Notes: generated from the sequence alone by a model not told the origin. A stretch of 64,000 bases of DNA from Patescibacteria group bacterium (GCA_016176685.1 JACOWS010000003.1:10871-74870); one strand, 5' to 3'; shown: positions 44,925 through 55,550, counted from the first letter of the stretch. Program-made: numbers and translations.

Positions 44925-47240
44925 ATGGACAACCTTACTACTCCCCTTGAAAGTGCGACTAGAAAAGAGATAGACCGAATACTAGAAAACTTGGAGTGGG
45001 ATACGCACGAGTTTGAAAAGAAATGCAACGTCTTTACAGAACGGGTGAGAACGAAAGAGGAAGAAAAAAAAATACGCACAAGATTCCCTAAAGGAAGATT
45101 CCCTGACTACGTTCTCTATTCATCGGACAAATTAGAACCGCTCGCCGTTATCGAGGCGAAGCGTGTCGGTGTGAAGCTTGAAAAGGCTCTCACACAGGCG
45201 AAAGAGTACGCCGAGTGTATCGGCGCACAAATAATTTTTGCCGTAGACGGGGCGATAGTAGAAGCTCGTTGGGTAGACGGTAGTAAGTATCTGAAAAATG
45301 ACGGGCAACTGGTAACGGAATTATTATCCGAACGATTACTGCGAAAATTCGTAGAGCAAGGAAACGAAATTACATCATCGCGTAAAACGGTTAAGACCAA
45401 AGAAGACCTTATACGAGTTTTTGCTAGAGCAAACGACCTTTTACGACAAGAAGGTATGCGCGAGGGTATTGAACGATTTACCGAGTTCTCGAACATTCTT
45501 TTCTTAAAACTCATTGACGAAATAGAGGACGACAGGGAACGCCGAGGAGAGCCGCGAAGGGTTGAGAGAAACTATTGTTGGTTGGCTTTCTACAAGAAGC
45601 CCGCGCGAGAAATGCTGGACTATATCAATGGCGTTATACTCCCTAAATTAGTAGACAAGTACAACGGGAGCGGCGATGTCTTTTCAAAAGAGCTTGCCAT
45701 AAAGAACCCGAACATACTGAAACAAATCGTGGATGCTCTCTCGGAATTGACCTTACTAGATGTAGATAGCGATGTTAAGGGAGATGCGTTCGAGTATTTC
45801 CTAAAGAACTCCGTCACGGTCGGCAATGACTTAGGCGAATATTACACACCACGCCATATTGTGAAGCTGATGGTGGACTTGGTAGACCCGAAGTTTGGCG
45901 ACAAGGTATACGACCCATGTTGTGGGACGGGTGGTTTCTTAATTGAGGCGTTCCGGCACATCAAGCGTAACTGTAGTCCCACCAAAGCAAACCTTGCTCT
46001 CCTTGAAAGGGATACGATTTACGGCGGCGAACTAACAGGTACGGCAAAAATCGCAAAAATGAACATGATTATCGCGGGGGACGGACATACACACATAACA
46101 CAGCAAGACAGCTTAGCAAACCCCGTGAAAGAAAAGTTTGAAACCGTCTTAACTAACTTCCCGTTCTCGCAAAAAACCGAGGTCGCCCATTTATACGGTT
46201 TGTCGGCGAAGTCCGCTAACTCGGTGTTCCTAAAGCACGTTATTGATTCCCTCAAGCCGAAAGGACGCGCGGGTGTAATAGTGCCCGATAGTGTGCTGTT
46301 CGGTAAGGATATGGACATGATAAACGTGCGTAGAGAGTTGATTGAGAAATGCGAAGTCAAAGCGGTCATACAGTTGAGCGTCCATACTTTCTTACCCTAT
46401 ACCCAGCAACCGACCACCATTCTCATTTTTGAGAAAGGCGGCAGAACGCGAGATATATGGTTTTTCGAACTTACCGCAGACGGCTTCAGAGGAGTAACCA
46501 AACGCCGCCCAACGGAAGAAAACGACATTCCGCTCCTACGCAGTTTATGGAGTGAGAAGGAAAAATCGTCACTTTCTTTTATTGTAAATTATGACGACAT
46601 ATCGAAAGAGGATTACAAACTCTTTCTAAACTACTACAAATATAAGACTCGAAAAAAAGTAAGACACTCAATGGAGCTAGGCCAACTTTGTGAGGAGTTT
46701 ATAATCGGACATACGCCTGATAAAAAGGCTTCCCACTACTACGGCGAGGATTTCCTATGGACGACTATCGCGGACATGAAAGGAAAGGTTATTCTCAACA
46801 CCAAAATCAAGTTGAGCAAGGCGGGGGTGGATTTAATGGGCGAAAGGCGCAAAATATCAAAGGGTGAGTTGTTGATGTCTTTCAAATTGACGCTCGGCAA
46901 AACCGCGTTCGCGGGCAAAGACCTGTATACCAATGAAGCGATATGCGCGTTGTCTCTCAAAAAAGAATACGATACCGAGGAAGTGAAAGAATACCTGTAC
47001 CACATTCTTCCTCTGATAGATTACGTTCCCTACGCACAACGGGCGGCTAAAGGATCTACGCTCAACAAGGACTTGCTCCCCACAGTGGGAGTACCGTTCC
47101 CAGACGCTAATGAGCGTAAGGAGCTTATCGAAAAGAAAGACAGACTAAATAGAGAGCGAACGGAGCTAGAGGAAAAAATGAAAAAAAACGCCTCTGATTA
47201 TACTAAATTTATTAACTCTGATATTATGGGTTTAGGGTAG
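44925..47240 (+). CDS. single-polypeptide restriction-modification enzyme, type IIG-like: PD-ExK nuclease domain + gamma-class N6-adenine methyltransferase + target-recognition domain
   Basis: N-terminus FPDYVLYSSDKLEPLAVIEAKRV has PD...ExK, as in HsdR N-terminus/Mrr. MTase motif I VYDPCCGTGGFLIEA. Motif IV-like TNFPFSQK (NFPF rather than NPPF). C-terminal HsdS-like TRD ending in the conserved GVPFPDANERKELIEKKDRLNRERTELEEKMKK helix. AT-rich. Confidence 0.6.
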   Translation: MDNLTTPLESATRKEIDRILENLEWDTHEFEKKCNVFTERVRTKEEEKKIRTRFPKGRFPDYVLYSSDKLEPLAVIEAKRVGVKLEKALTQAKEYAECIGAQIIFAVDGAIVEARWVDGSKYLKNDGQLVTELLSERLLRKFVEQGNEITSSRKTVKTKEDLIRVFARANDLLRQEGMREGIERFTEFSNILFLKLIDEIEDDRERRGEPRRVERNYCWLAFYKKPAREMLDYINGVILPKLVDKYNGSGDVFSKELAIKNPNILKQIVDALSELTLLDVDSDVKGDAFEYFLKNSVTVGNDLGEYYTPRHIVKLMVDLVDPKFGDKVYDPCCGTGGFLIEAFRHIKRNCSPTKANLALLERDTIYGGELTGTAKIAKMNMIIAGDGHTHITQQDSLANPVKEKFETVLTNFPFSQKTEVAHLYGLSAKSANSVFLKHVIDSLKPKGRAGVIVPDSVLFGKDMDMINVRRELIEKCEVKAVIQLSVHTFLPYTQQPTTILIFEKGGRTRDIWFFELTADGFRGVTKRRPTEENDIPLLRSLWSEKEKSSLSFIVNYDDISKEDYKLFLNYYKYKTRKKVRHSMELGQLCEEFIIGHTPDKKASHYYGEDFLWTTIADMKGKVILNTKIKLSKAGVDLMGERRKISKGELLMSFKLTLGKTAFAGKDLYTNEAICALSLKKEYDTEEVKEYLYHILPLIDYVPYAQRAAKGSTLNKDLLPTVGVPFPDANERKELIEKKDRLNRERTELEEKMKKNASDYTKFINSDIMGLG

Positions 47241-47270
47241 CTTTGTATATAGTTCCCCACTGCAGGCGCT

Positions 47271-47891
47271 TTATGAGCGGGCAAGCGCAATACAAACAAC
47301 CTTGCGCGCGCCGGCCGCCGTGAGCGCTCGGCGCGCTTCCGCAAAAGTGGCGCCGGTAGTTGCAACGTCGTCAACCACCACGCACACTCGCCCGGCAACT
47401 TGCGCGGCTGAAGTTACGACCATTGAATTTTTTACATTATGCAAACGTATATGTTTTTGCAGCCCTTGCTGTTCTTGTGTGTCGCGCGCTCGCGCGAGCA
47501 GGTCTTTTCGGTAGCAAAAAACACCTTCTCCAAGATGAAAGAGGGAACTTTCGCACAAAAGCTCGGTTTGATTATGCCCGCGCTTTCGCCGGCGCGCACG
47601 GTGCATGGGGACTGGCAATAGAAGCGGCGTGCCTAGTTCGTCTGCCGCGGCGGCCAAGAGTATCTCCGCAAGGTGCTCGCCGGCAAGCGCGGCCGCCAGC
47701 GGATTGCCGTGGTACTTCAATTCCCACACCAGCGCTTTTACCTCCTCGTCGTGGTAGGGAAGCGTACCGTCGTAGAGAGCCTTAGCGGCAAGTCTCTCCC
47801 CGGTGAGCGAGCGCACCATAAGGTCGCTCCCGCGCGGCGGCAGGAACCAGTCGAGCAGTGTGGATAGGTGTATGTGCAGGTGGTGCAGCAT
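47271..47891 (-). CDS. comFC: ComF family (ComFC-like) phosphoribosyltransferase-domain protein
   Basis: C-terminal PRTase motif VCVVVDDVATTGATFAEARRAL. ComFC-like length. The N-terminal zinc-ribbon cysteines are not obvious. Confidence 0.55.
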   Translation of the reverse strand: MLHHLHIHLSTLLDWFLPPRGSDLMVRSLTGERLAAKALYDGTLPYHDEEVKALVWELKYHGNPLAAALAGEHLAEILLAAAADELGTPLLLPVPMHRARRRKRGHNQTELLCESSLFHLGEGVFCYRKDLLARARDTQEQQGLQKHIRLHNVKNSMVVTSAAQVAGRVCVVVDDVATTGATFAEARRALTAAGARKVVCIALARS

Positions 47892-47950
47892 AAGGTTGTT
47901 CTTATCGGCGTCTTTATTACCGTCTTCGCGCCGAGTATACTACTATATAC

Positions 47951-49033
47951 ATGGCTTTTTCTATCCCATCTTTTTCGTCTCTTTTTTCCAGGGAGTCAAA
48001 GAGCGTACTTGGCGTTGACATCGGCACTTCCTCTATAAAGGTAGTGCAGCTGCGCAAGGAAAAGGGCCGCGTCATACTCGAGACTTACGGCGCCATAGCA
48101 TTGGGTCCGTATGCCGGGCTTGAGATAGGGCGCGCCACCTCGCTCCCGGTAGAAAAAATAGCCGAAGCGCTCAAAGATGTTATCCGCGAGGCAAACGTCA
48201 CCACCGCCGACGCGGCAATTTCCATACCGTACTCGTCAAGCCTGATTGCGGTCGTAACCCTCCCTGCGGCGGTGGAGAAGCAGCTGGCGCAAGTGGTTCC
48301 GCTTGAGGCGCGCAAGTATATCCCGGTTCCCATAAACGAAGTGCTTCTGGATTGGTTTGTCATTTCCGATGCCAAGACTGCGGGGGCAACAGGCAAGATG
48401 GAAGTGCTTATTGTTGCAATACACCGCGACACCATAGCGAAGTTTCGCTCTATCGCAGGCGACGCGGTACTTGCCGCGGCATTTTTTGAGATAGAAGTGT
48501 TTAGCGCGGTCAGAGCCGCGCTCGACCACGGCATTGCTCCTGTTGCCGTGATAGATATGGGCGCAGCCACCACCAAGTTTTATGTGGTTGAGCGCGGGAT
48601 TATCCGCCAAAGTCATATCATAAACCGCGGGAGCCAAGACCTCACGCTTGCCGCGTCGCGTGCGCTTGGGATCACGGTCGCCCAAGCCGAGGAGCGCAAG
48701 CGGAGATTTGGCCTGTCGGAACAGAGCCCCGCAGACCTTAGGCGGTCTCTGGAGCTTTCTCTCGCGCCGCTCCTATCCGAGCTTTCACACACCATAATCA
48801 ACTATGAGCAGCACACCAACCAAACGCTCGGGAGCATCATTGCAACAGGCGGCGGCGCCGCGCTTAAGGGGTTTAAAGAATACGCAAAAACAAAGGTCCA
48901 AGCCGAAGTCCGCCCTGCCGACCCGTTTGGCAAAACACAGGCGCCGGCGTTTCTTGAAAAAATACTCAAAGAGGCCGGACCGGAGTTTTCGGTCGCGGTG
49001 GGGCTGGCGCTCCGTCGGCTGCAAGAGGCGTAG
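47951..49033 (+). CDS. pilM: type IV pilus assembly protein PilM (actin-like ATPase)
   Basis: VLGVDIGTSSIKVVQL N-terminal actin-fold motif. 360 aa. First gene of a pilMNO-like operon. Confidence 0.8.
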   Translation: MAFSIPSFSSLFSRESKSVLGVDIGTSSIKVVQLRKEKGRVILETYGAIALGPYAGLEIGRATSLPVEKIAEALKDVIREANVTTADAAISIPYSSSLIAVVTLPAAVEKQLAQVVPLEARKYIPVPINEVLLDWFVISDAKTAGATGKMEVLIVAIHRDTIAKFRSIAGDAVLAAAFFEIEVFSAVRAALDHGIAPVAVIDMGAATTKFYVVERGIIRQSHIINRGSQDLTLAASRALGITVAQAEERKRRFGLSEQSPADLRRSLELSLAPLLSELSHTIINYEQHTNQTLGSIIATGGGAALKGFKEYAKTKVQAEVRPADPFGKTQAPAFLEKILKEAGPEFSVAVGLALRRLQEA

Positions 49034-49096
49034 CGGGCAGACCTTCTGTTGATAGAGAGCGCCTTGCCATAATTACTGGGATATAATAAAAGAGAA

Positions 49097-49723
49097 ATGG
49101 ATCCGCAGGCAACCACCTCATTCATTCCTAAAAAGCCGCTTATAGGCGAGTCGCGTCGCGGCAGCACTTTTGGGTTGTTGATGCTTGCGTGCATACTGAT
49201 TTTTATTATGTCGTTGGTTGCGGCGGGCGCCACATTCCTCTACGAGCAATACTTAAAGAGTGCCATTATTTCTAAAAGCAATTCGCTCTCCGTTTCTCAA
49301 AACGCGTTCGATCAGGGGGTGATACAAGACCTTGTCCGCACCGACAGTTTAATAAGACAATCTAAAACACTTTTGGCAACACACGTCGCGCCATCGGCGA
49401 TATTCGACCTGCTATCCAACCAGACGCTTGAGAAGGTGCAGTTTAATAAGTTTGAGTATTCGGTAGGCGACAGCGGGGTTGCTATCATCCATCTTGACGG
49501 CTCCGCGGACAGCTTTTCAACCATTGCATTGCAGTCCGACCAATTTGGCGCCAGCAAGGTGCTCAAAGATACTGTCTTTTCGAACATAAACATAAGTACA
49601 GAAACCGGGCGCGTCACCTTTAGTATCTCTGCGGGAGTAGACCCTTCTCTCACGCTCTACAGCAGAACAGTGGCACAAACTTCTTCAGCCCCGGGTGCCA
49701 CCACTTCATCCACGCAACTATGA
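49097..49723 (+). CDS. pilN: PilN-like pilus assembly protein
   Basis: Cytoplasmic N-terminus, single TM (LLMLACILIFIMSLVAAGATFLY), periplasmic domain. Follows pilM. Confidence 0.5.
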   Translation: MDPQATTSFIPKKPLIGESRRGSTFGLLMLACILIFIMSLVAAGATFLYEQYLKSAIISKSNSLSVSQNAFDQGVIQDLVRTDSLIRQSKTLLATHVAPSAIFDLLSNQTLEKVQFNKFEYSVGDSGVAIIHLDGSADSFSTIALQSDQFGASKVLKDTVFSNINISTETGRVTFSISAGVDPSLTLYSRTVAQTSSAPGATTSSTQL

Positions 49724-50271
49724 AACGGCTCGTCTTACCATTTATATTACTTATCGCCGCCTTCGGACTCTTTGTGGTATATACCGACCCACGGTATCAA
49801 GAAAGCAAAGAGCTCGCCGTGCAGGTGGCCTCCTATGACGAAGCGCTCAACAAGTCGCAAGTGTTGCGCAAAACTCGCGATGAACTTTTAGCGCGCCGAA
49901 ATACTTTTGCCGAAGAAGATATTCAAAAACTCCATCAAATACTGCCGGACAGCGTCGACAATATCAGGCTCATAATCGACATCAACAACATTGCGGCCAG
50001 ACGCGGACTGTCACTCAAGGATGTGCAACTGGGTGATTTGTCGGGCACAGCAGGAGCAAAAAATCCATTGGCGGTCGGCGAATCCGGAAGCCCCATAGGG
50101 TCGGTGACGCTTGGGTTCACTCTCGGCGCCACGTATGACGACTTCCTTTCTTTTATGCAGGATCTGGAACACAGCCTGCGCATCCTCGACATAGAAAAGA
50201 TAAGTTTTTCCGCCGATGTGTCCGGACACAACGACTACACTTTTTCTGTACGAACCTACTGGCTCCACTAG
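49720..50271 (+). CDS. pilO: PilO-like pilus assembly protein
   Basis: N-terminal TM plus coiled-coil periplasmic region. Overlaps the pilN stop by 4 nt. Confidence 0.45.
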   Translation: MKRLVLPFILLIAAFGLFVVYTDPRYQESKELAVQVASYDEALNKSQVLRKTRDELLARRNTFAEEDIQKLHQILPDSVDNIRLIIDINNIAARRGLSLKDVQLGDLSGTAGAKNPLAVGESGSPIGSVTLGFTLGATYDDFLSFMQDLEHSLRILDIEKISFSADVSGHNDYTFSVRTYWLH

Positions 50272-50301
50272 TTCGACATGGCTCACCATACATAAACACC
50301 T

Positions 50302-50607
50302 ATGATGCAATTTTTTACACAAAACAAAACAGCCATTATCGCCGCGGTGGTGCTTGCCCTGGTGCTATACGGATATTTTGCTTTTTTCCGCGGGCCGTCG
50401 TCTACGGACCTTTTGGTTTTAGAAGATAGCCCGGCTTCTAATGCCTCACAGACATTACTCGCGACCATCAGCAGCTTGAATACGATCAAACTAGACAACA
50501 GCATCTTTTCCGACCCGGTTTTTCTGTCGCTCACGAACTTCGGGGTGCAGATTCCTGCGGAGCCGGTCGGCCGCCGGAACCCCTTTGCTCCCGTGGGGAG
50601 CCAATAA
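50302..50607 (+). CDS. small membrane-anchored protein (PilP-like position)
   Basis: 101 aa, single TM, between pilO-like and pilB. Confidence 0.35.
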   Translation: MMQFFTQNKTAIIAAVVLALVLYGYFAFFRGPSSTDLLVLEDSPASNASQTLLATISSLNTIKLDNSIFSDPVFLSLTNFGVQIPAEPVGRRNPFAPVGSQ

Positions 50608-50613
50608 TACGCC

Positions 50614-52485
50614 ATGGACCTGCTGAAGCTTTTGAGCGACAAAGGCGTCGTTGAACGCGCCGCCATACCGAGCATCGAGTCGGAACTTAAAAAGCCCGGG
50701 AGTACGCTGGAGGGTGTGTTGCAAAAGTCCGGCATAGACCTCAAGGATATCCTTGCGGCAAAGGGAGAGTATTACGGGTTGCCGACGCGCGAGGTGGGAG
50801 ACAGCAATGTGCCGTTTGATATTTTGCGTTTTATCCCGGAGGAGTCCGCGCGGCACTACCAGCTCGCTCCTTTGGGTGTTTCCGACGGCGTGCTTGAAAT
50901 AGGCATCACCGACCCGGACAATCTCGAGGCGCGCGACGCGCTCACCTTCATCTCGGCAAAGGTGGGCATGCCATACAAACTATTTCTTATCACCAATACC
51001 GACCTCGAGCTCCTGCTCAACCAGTACAAAGGTCTCTCCGGCGAGGTAGGGAAAGCGCTAACCGAGCTTGACACCGAAATAGCCATAGAGTCGCAAAAGT
51101 CGGACAAGGAAGGCGGAAAACACCCGATACGGCTTGAGGAGGTTGAGATTACCGAGACGCGAGCCGAGGCCATTACCGAGGATGCGCCGGTCACTAAAAT
51201 TGTTGCAACCATCTTGCGGCACGCGGCCGAGCAGCGTGCCTCCGACATCCATATAGAGTCACTTGCGACGCAGTCGCGCGTGCGTTTTCGTGTTGACGGT
51301 ATTTTGCAGACCAACATCACCTTGCCTCCCAAGGTTCACTCTGCCGTGGTGGCGCGCATCAAGGTGCTTTCCAACATGCGTTTGGACGAAAGGCGCAAAC
51401 CGCAAGACGGCCGTTTTTCCGCGCGTGTCTCCGGCAATAAAGTAGACTTCCGCGTCTCAACTTTTCCCACCTACTATGGCGAGAAGGTGGTGATGAGGAT
51501 CCTGGGCGCCTCCGCGCAAGCGCTCAAGCTCGAAGATCTCGGCCTTTCCACGCGCAACCTGGAAATGATCCGCGCCGCAATTAAAAAACCCTACGGTCTC
51601 GTGCTCATATCCGGCCCTACCGGTTCCGGTAAGTCGACCACGCTCTACGCGCTCTTAAACGAGGTTGACCGAGAAAAGAACAATGTGCTGTCGCTCGAGG
51701 ACCCGGTTGAGTACACCATCCCCGGTGTGTCCCAGTCGCAAATGCGGCCGGAGATCGGCTACACTTTCGCTAACGGGCTTAGAACCACGCTGCGCCAAGA
51801 CCCAAACATCATAATGGTCGGTGAGATACGAGACAGCGAGACGGCCAACCTTGCTGTCCAGGCGGCGCTGACCGGCCACCTCGTACTCTCCACCATACAC
51901 ACCAACAATGCGGTGGGAATCGTCCCGCGCTTGCTCGACATGGGGGTTGAGCCGTACCTCATCCCGCCGGTGTTGATACTTGGTATGGCCCAGCGCCTGG
52001 TGCGCACGCTGTGCCCGGGCGGCGGCAAAAAAACAAAGGTGGACGAAAGCACCGCGGAAATGTTTGAAAAAGAGTTTGCCGACCTGCCGGCGGAGCACCG
52101 AAAGTCCATACCGTCTCTTAAAGAGGTATACCGCATTGAACCGACGACGGACTGCCCCTCCGGCACCCGCGGGCGCGTTGCCGCATTTGAAATGTTTAGT
52201 ATGACGCCGGAGCTTGAGCGCGCGATACTGGAGAACAAACCGGAAGACGAGATAGTCGCCGTTGTCCGCAAGAGCGGCATGCTCACCATGAAAGAGGATG
52301 CTATCATAAAATCGGCAAACGGCATGATTCCGTTTGAAGAGGTAAACACGCTCGGCGGGCAGTTTGAGCTTGAAGAGGCATCGTCTGTGGCGGAAGCTCC
52401 CGTGGTGCCGACCACCCTCGCTGAAAACGGTGAGGAACAAAAAACGCCGCCACCCCAGGAACCGGAGCATGAAATAGCGGTATAA
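50614..52485 (+). CDS. pilB: type IV pilus assembly ATPase PilB (GspE family)
   Basis: GspE N-terminal domain. Walker A LISGPTGSGKSTTLYA. Asp/His boxes. Tetracysteine-like region (CPGGG...CPSGTRGR). 623 aa. Confidence 0.85.
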   Translation: MDLLKLLSDKGVVERAAIPSIESELKKPGSTLEGVLQKSGIDLKDILAAKGEYYGLPTREVGDSNVPFDILRFIPEESARHYQLAPLGVSDGVLEIGITDPDNLEARDALTFISAKVGMPYKLFLITNTDLELLLNQYKGLSGEVGKALTELDTEIAIESQKSDKEGGKHPIRLEEVEITETRAEAITEDAPVTKIVATILRHAAEQRASDIHIESLATQSRVRFRVDGILQTNITLPPKVHSAVVARIKVLSNMRLDERRKPQDGRFSARVSGNKVDFRVSTFPTYYGEKVVMRILGASAQALKLEDLGLSTRNLEMIRAAIKKPYGLVLISGPTGSGKSTTLYALLNEVDREKNNVLSLEDPVEYTIPGVSQSQMRPEIGYTFANGLRTTLRQDPNIIMVGEIRDSETANLAVQAALTGHLVLSTIHTNNAVGIVPRLLDMGVEPYLIPPVLILGMAQRLVRTLCPGGGKKTKVDESTAEMFEKEFADLPAEHRKSIPSLKEVYRIEPTTDCPSGTRGRVAAFEMFSMTPELERAILENKPEDEIVAVVRKSGMLTMKEDAIIKSANGMIPFEEVNTLGGQFELEEASSVAEAPVVPTTLAENGEEQKTPPPQEPEHEIAV

Positions 52486-52489
52486 GTAC

Positions 52490-53554
52490 ATGATGGATTA
52501 CAAACAAAAATTGTCGCAACTGGTAGAGGTGGTGGTGTCACAAGGGGCATCCGACCTCCACTTGGGTGTTGGGATACAACCTGTTATCCGCGTCTCGGGC
52601 GCGCTCACGCCTTTGTTGTCCGAGGCGGTACTCATAAAAGAAGATATAGAAGGGTTTGTGCAGGAGCTCCTTTCCCCCGAACACAAAAAGAGGTTTTTAG
52701 AAAAACAGGAGATAGACTTTTCCTACGCGCACGGCGACACGGCGCGTTTCCGCGGCAACGGGTACTTTGAGCGCGGCCACATGGCGGTGGCACTCCGGCT
52801 TATCCCCAAAGCGATATTGAGCATTGCCGAACTTAATCTGCCGCGGGCGCTCGAGAGCTTCGCCGCGCGCGAGCAAGGATTTTTTTTGGTGGTGGGGCCG
52901 GTGGGACAGGGGAAGACCACGACACTGGCGGCTCTTATTGAAAAAATAAATCAAGAGCGCACCGAGCACATCATCACCATAGAAGACCCCATAGAGTATT
53001 TGTTCGAAAACAAGAAGTCGCTTATAGACCAGCGCGAGGTCAGGGTAGACACCGCCGACTTTGTGGCGGCATTGCAGTCGGTCTTCCGCCAAGATGTCGA
53101 CGTGCTGATGATAGGCGAGATGCGCACGCCGGAAACCATGGCTACCGCGGTTACCGCCGCGGAAACCGGGCACCTGGTGTTTTCGACCCTGCACACCAAC
53201 AACGCGTCGCAAACCATTGACCGCATCATAGACTCGTTCCCCCCCGGACAGCAGGAGCAGATCCGCATCCAACTTTCGGGCTCTTTGGCCGGCGTGTTTT
53301 CCCAGCGGTTGGTCCCGCGCATCTCCGGCGGGCTTATCCCCGCTTACGAGCTTATGATTTCCAACGCCGCAGTGGCTAACCTTATACGAGAGAAGCGCAC
53401 GCACGAGATACAAACGGTTATAGAAACCGGTGCCGAGGACGGCATGATAGACATGAACCGCTCGCTCGCAGACCTGGTGCGCGGAGGAGAGATAACCGCA
53501 GAAAGCGCCTACGCCCGCTCGTGGAACCCCAAAACTTTGGAAAGATTACTATGA
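52490..53554 (+). CDS. pilT: twitching-motility (pilus retraction) ATPase PilT
   Basis: Walker A VVGPVGQGKTTTLAA. AIRNLIRE-like NAAVANLIRE. 354 aa. Confidence 0.85.
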   Translation: MMDYKQKLSQLVEVVVSQGASDLHLGVGIQPVIRVSGALTPLLSEAVLIKEDIEGFVQELLSPEHKKRFLEKQEIDFSYAHGDTARFRGNGYFERGHMAVALRLIPKAILSIAELNLPRALESFAAREQGFFLVVGPVGQGKTTTLAALIEKINQERTEHIITIEDPIEYLFENKKSLIDQREVRVDTADFVAALQSVFRQDVDVLMIGEMRTPETMATAVTAAETGHLVFSTLHTNNASQTIDRIIDSFPPGQQEQIRIQLSGSLAGVFSQRLVPRISGGLIPAYELMISNAAVANLIREKRTHEIQTVIETGAEDGMIDMNRSLADLVRGGEITAESAYARSWNPKTLERLL

Positions 53555-53677
53555 TGTACACGCGCAAGCAAAACAAATCTGCAGGAGGGTGCGCAGGGCG
53601 ACGGCCCGAGGAACTAGGAAGATTTTCTAGCCAAGAAAATCTCCGCCCTCCTACAGATTTAGTTTTGCTGAAGATAT

Positions 53678-54892
53678 ATGGAATTTAAGTACGAAGCGCT
53701 CGACCAAGAAGGCAAGCCGACAAGCGGGGTGGTAAACGCGGTTAGCCAAGACGCCGCCATAGAGGCGCTCCAGCGCCGCGGGCTCACTATTACGGCGTTT
53801 GCCAGCGGCACGAATAAAAGTTTTTTACAATCGCTCGGCAGTATTAGCTTTTTTAGCGGGGCGAGCACTCGCGACGTCGTTATTCTCTCGCGGCAAATTT
53901 CAACTCTTTTCGAGGCGCAGGTGTCCGCCTTGCGGGTGTTCCGCCTGCTTGCCGAACAAGCGGAAAAGCCGATTATACGGCAAGCGCTTATAGCCATAAG
54001 CGACGACCTCCAAGCAGGAAGTTCCATTTCCAAGGCGCTCGGCAAACACCCCAAAGTATTTTCCGAGTTTTACGTCAACATGGTGAATGCGGGAGAAGAG
54101 TCTGGCAAGCTCGACCAGACCTTTATGTACCTTGCCGACTATATAGACCGCTCCTACGAGCTTACCTCCAAAGCGCGCAACGCTTTAGTCTACCCGGGGT
54201 TTATCATGATCACCTTTGTGGCGGTTATGGTGCTTATGCTCACGGTCATTATTCCAAAAATCGGCATCATCATAGAAGACTCCGGGCAAGAAATGCCTTT
54301 TATCACCAGCGTGGTGCTTGGCGTCAGCTACTTCTTTGTCGACTACGGCATCTTTTTGCTTATAGCTCTTATTATCGGCGGATACTTTTTGGTGCGGTAT
54401 GTACAAACGCCGCTGGGGCGCGCGGCTTTGGGCCGTTTCCAGCTTTCCGTGCCGTATGTGGGCGCACTGTACCAAAAACTCTTTCTTTCCCGCATTGCCG
54501 ACAACATGCACGTTATGCTCTCCTCCGGCATCTCCGCGGTGCGCGCGCTTGAAATAACCGCTACGGTGGTTGGCAACGATGTGTACGAGAGAATACTGCG
54601 CGACGCGGTTGAGGCGGTTAAAGCGGGGACCACCATGTCGCAATCGTTCGCCCGCTACCCCGACGAGGTGCCGGCTATTATGTTGCAGATGCTCCAGATA
54701 GGGGAGGAAACGGGGGAGCTCGGCAACATACTCGAGCGCCTTTCCAAGTTCTATACCAGAGAGGTCAATTCGGCTGTGGACACGCTCGTCTCCCTCATCG
54801 AACCGGCGCTTATCATCAGTTTGGCGGTGGGGGTTGGCTTCCTTTTGGCGGCGGTGCTCCTGCCTATATACAACACTGCCGGTACTATTTAA
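53678..54892 (+). CDS. pilC: type IV pilus inner-membrane platform protein PilC (GspF family)
   Basis: Two GspF repeats. 404 aa polytopic. Confidence 0.85.
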   Translation: MEFKYEALDQEGKPTSGVVNAVSQDAAIEALQRRGLTITAFASGTNKSFLQSLGSISFFSGASTRDVVILSRQISTLFEAQVSALRVFRLLAEQAEKPIIRQALIAISDDLQAGSSISKALGKHPKVFSEFYVNMVNAGEESGKLDQTFMYLADYIDRSYELTSKARNALVYPGFIMITFVAVMVLMLTVIIPKIGIIIEDSGQEMPFITSVVLGVSYFFVDYGIFLLIALIIGGYFLVRYVQTPLGRAALGRFQLSVPYVGALYQKLFLSRIADNMHVMLSSGISAVRALEITATVVGNDVYERILRDAVEAVKAGTTMSQSFARYPDEVPAIMLQMLQIGEETGELGNILERLSKFYTREVNSAVDTLVSLIEPALIISLAVGVGFLLAAVLLPIYNTAGTI

Positions 54893-55010
54893 GGACTGTA
54901 TTACCAAAGTAGTTATCCACACGGGGGTAGCGTAGGCACAAAGGTGGCTATATACTACTAACAGCATCCGAACCACTTATTAATTTAATTATTTATCGGA
55001 TACGAAACGT

Positions 55011-55475
55011 ATGTATAAGAAATTTACTAAGGTCGCCGCCCAGAGGTCTCTGACCGGCGGGTTTACCCTCATCGAGCTGTTGGTGGTCATAGCCATCATC
55101 GGCATCTTGGCGGGCATTGTGCTGGCAAGCTTGGGCACTGCACGAGGAGGCGCAAACGATGCAAAGACGAAAGAACAGCTTTCCAACTTGAGGACCGCAG
55201 CGGAGCTGTATTATGCCAACATTGGCAACTACGGCACCAATGCAACGGCAAATGCTAGCTGTACTGGCGCAAGTACAGTCTTTGTCGATTCTGGTGTTGC
55301 ACCACTGGTTACCACCTCCAATTACCCATCCGGTACTTCATTGGTATGTCGCTCGACCGCTCTTGGTACTGCGTGGGCAACATCCGCCTCGCTCTCCTCG
55401 GATTTTTGGTGTGTAGACAGTACCGGTGCTTCAAAGTCTGAAACAGCGGCAATTGCTGGGACCGTTTGTCCATAA
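55011..55475 (+). CDS. type IV pilin with long (17 aa) leader
   Basis: Prepilin class-III signal ...SLTGG|[20 protein letters not shown] with Glu at +5. Leader [17 protein letters not shown]. Confidence 0.8.
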   Translation: MYKKFTKVAAQRSLTGGFTLIELLVVIAIIGILAGIVLASLGTARGGANDAKTKEQLSNLRTAAELYYANIGNYGTNATANASCTGASTVFVDSGVAPLVTTSNYPSGTSLVCRSTALGTAWATSASLSSDFWCVDSTGASKSETAAIAGTVCP

Positions 55476-55502
55476 AACACGTTATAACCTCGTGGTTCAA
55501 AT

Positions 55503-55530
55503 CCCCAGCGCGCGCTGGGGATTTGTTTTT
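55503..55530 (+). terminator. rho-independent terminator after the first pilin gene (CCCCAGCGCGCGCTGGGG + ATTTGTTTTT)
   Basis: Read directly. Confidence 0.6.
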
Positions 55531-55550
55531 GTGGGGTATAGTAAAGGGGT

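Noticed and set aside
51655-52550. Minus-strand ORFs of 278 and 263 aa
   Set aside because: Antisense to pilB.
54185-54976. 263-aa minus-strand ORF
   Set aside because: Antisense to pilC.
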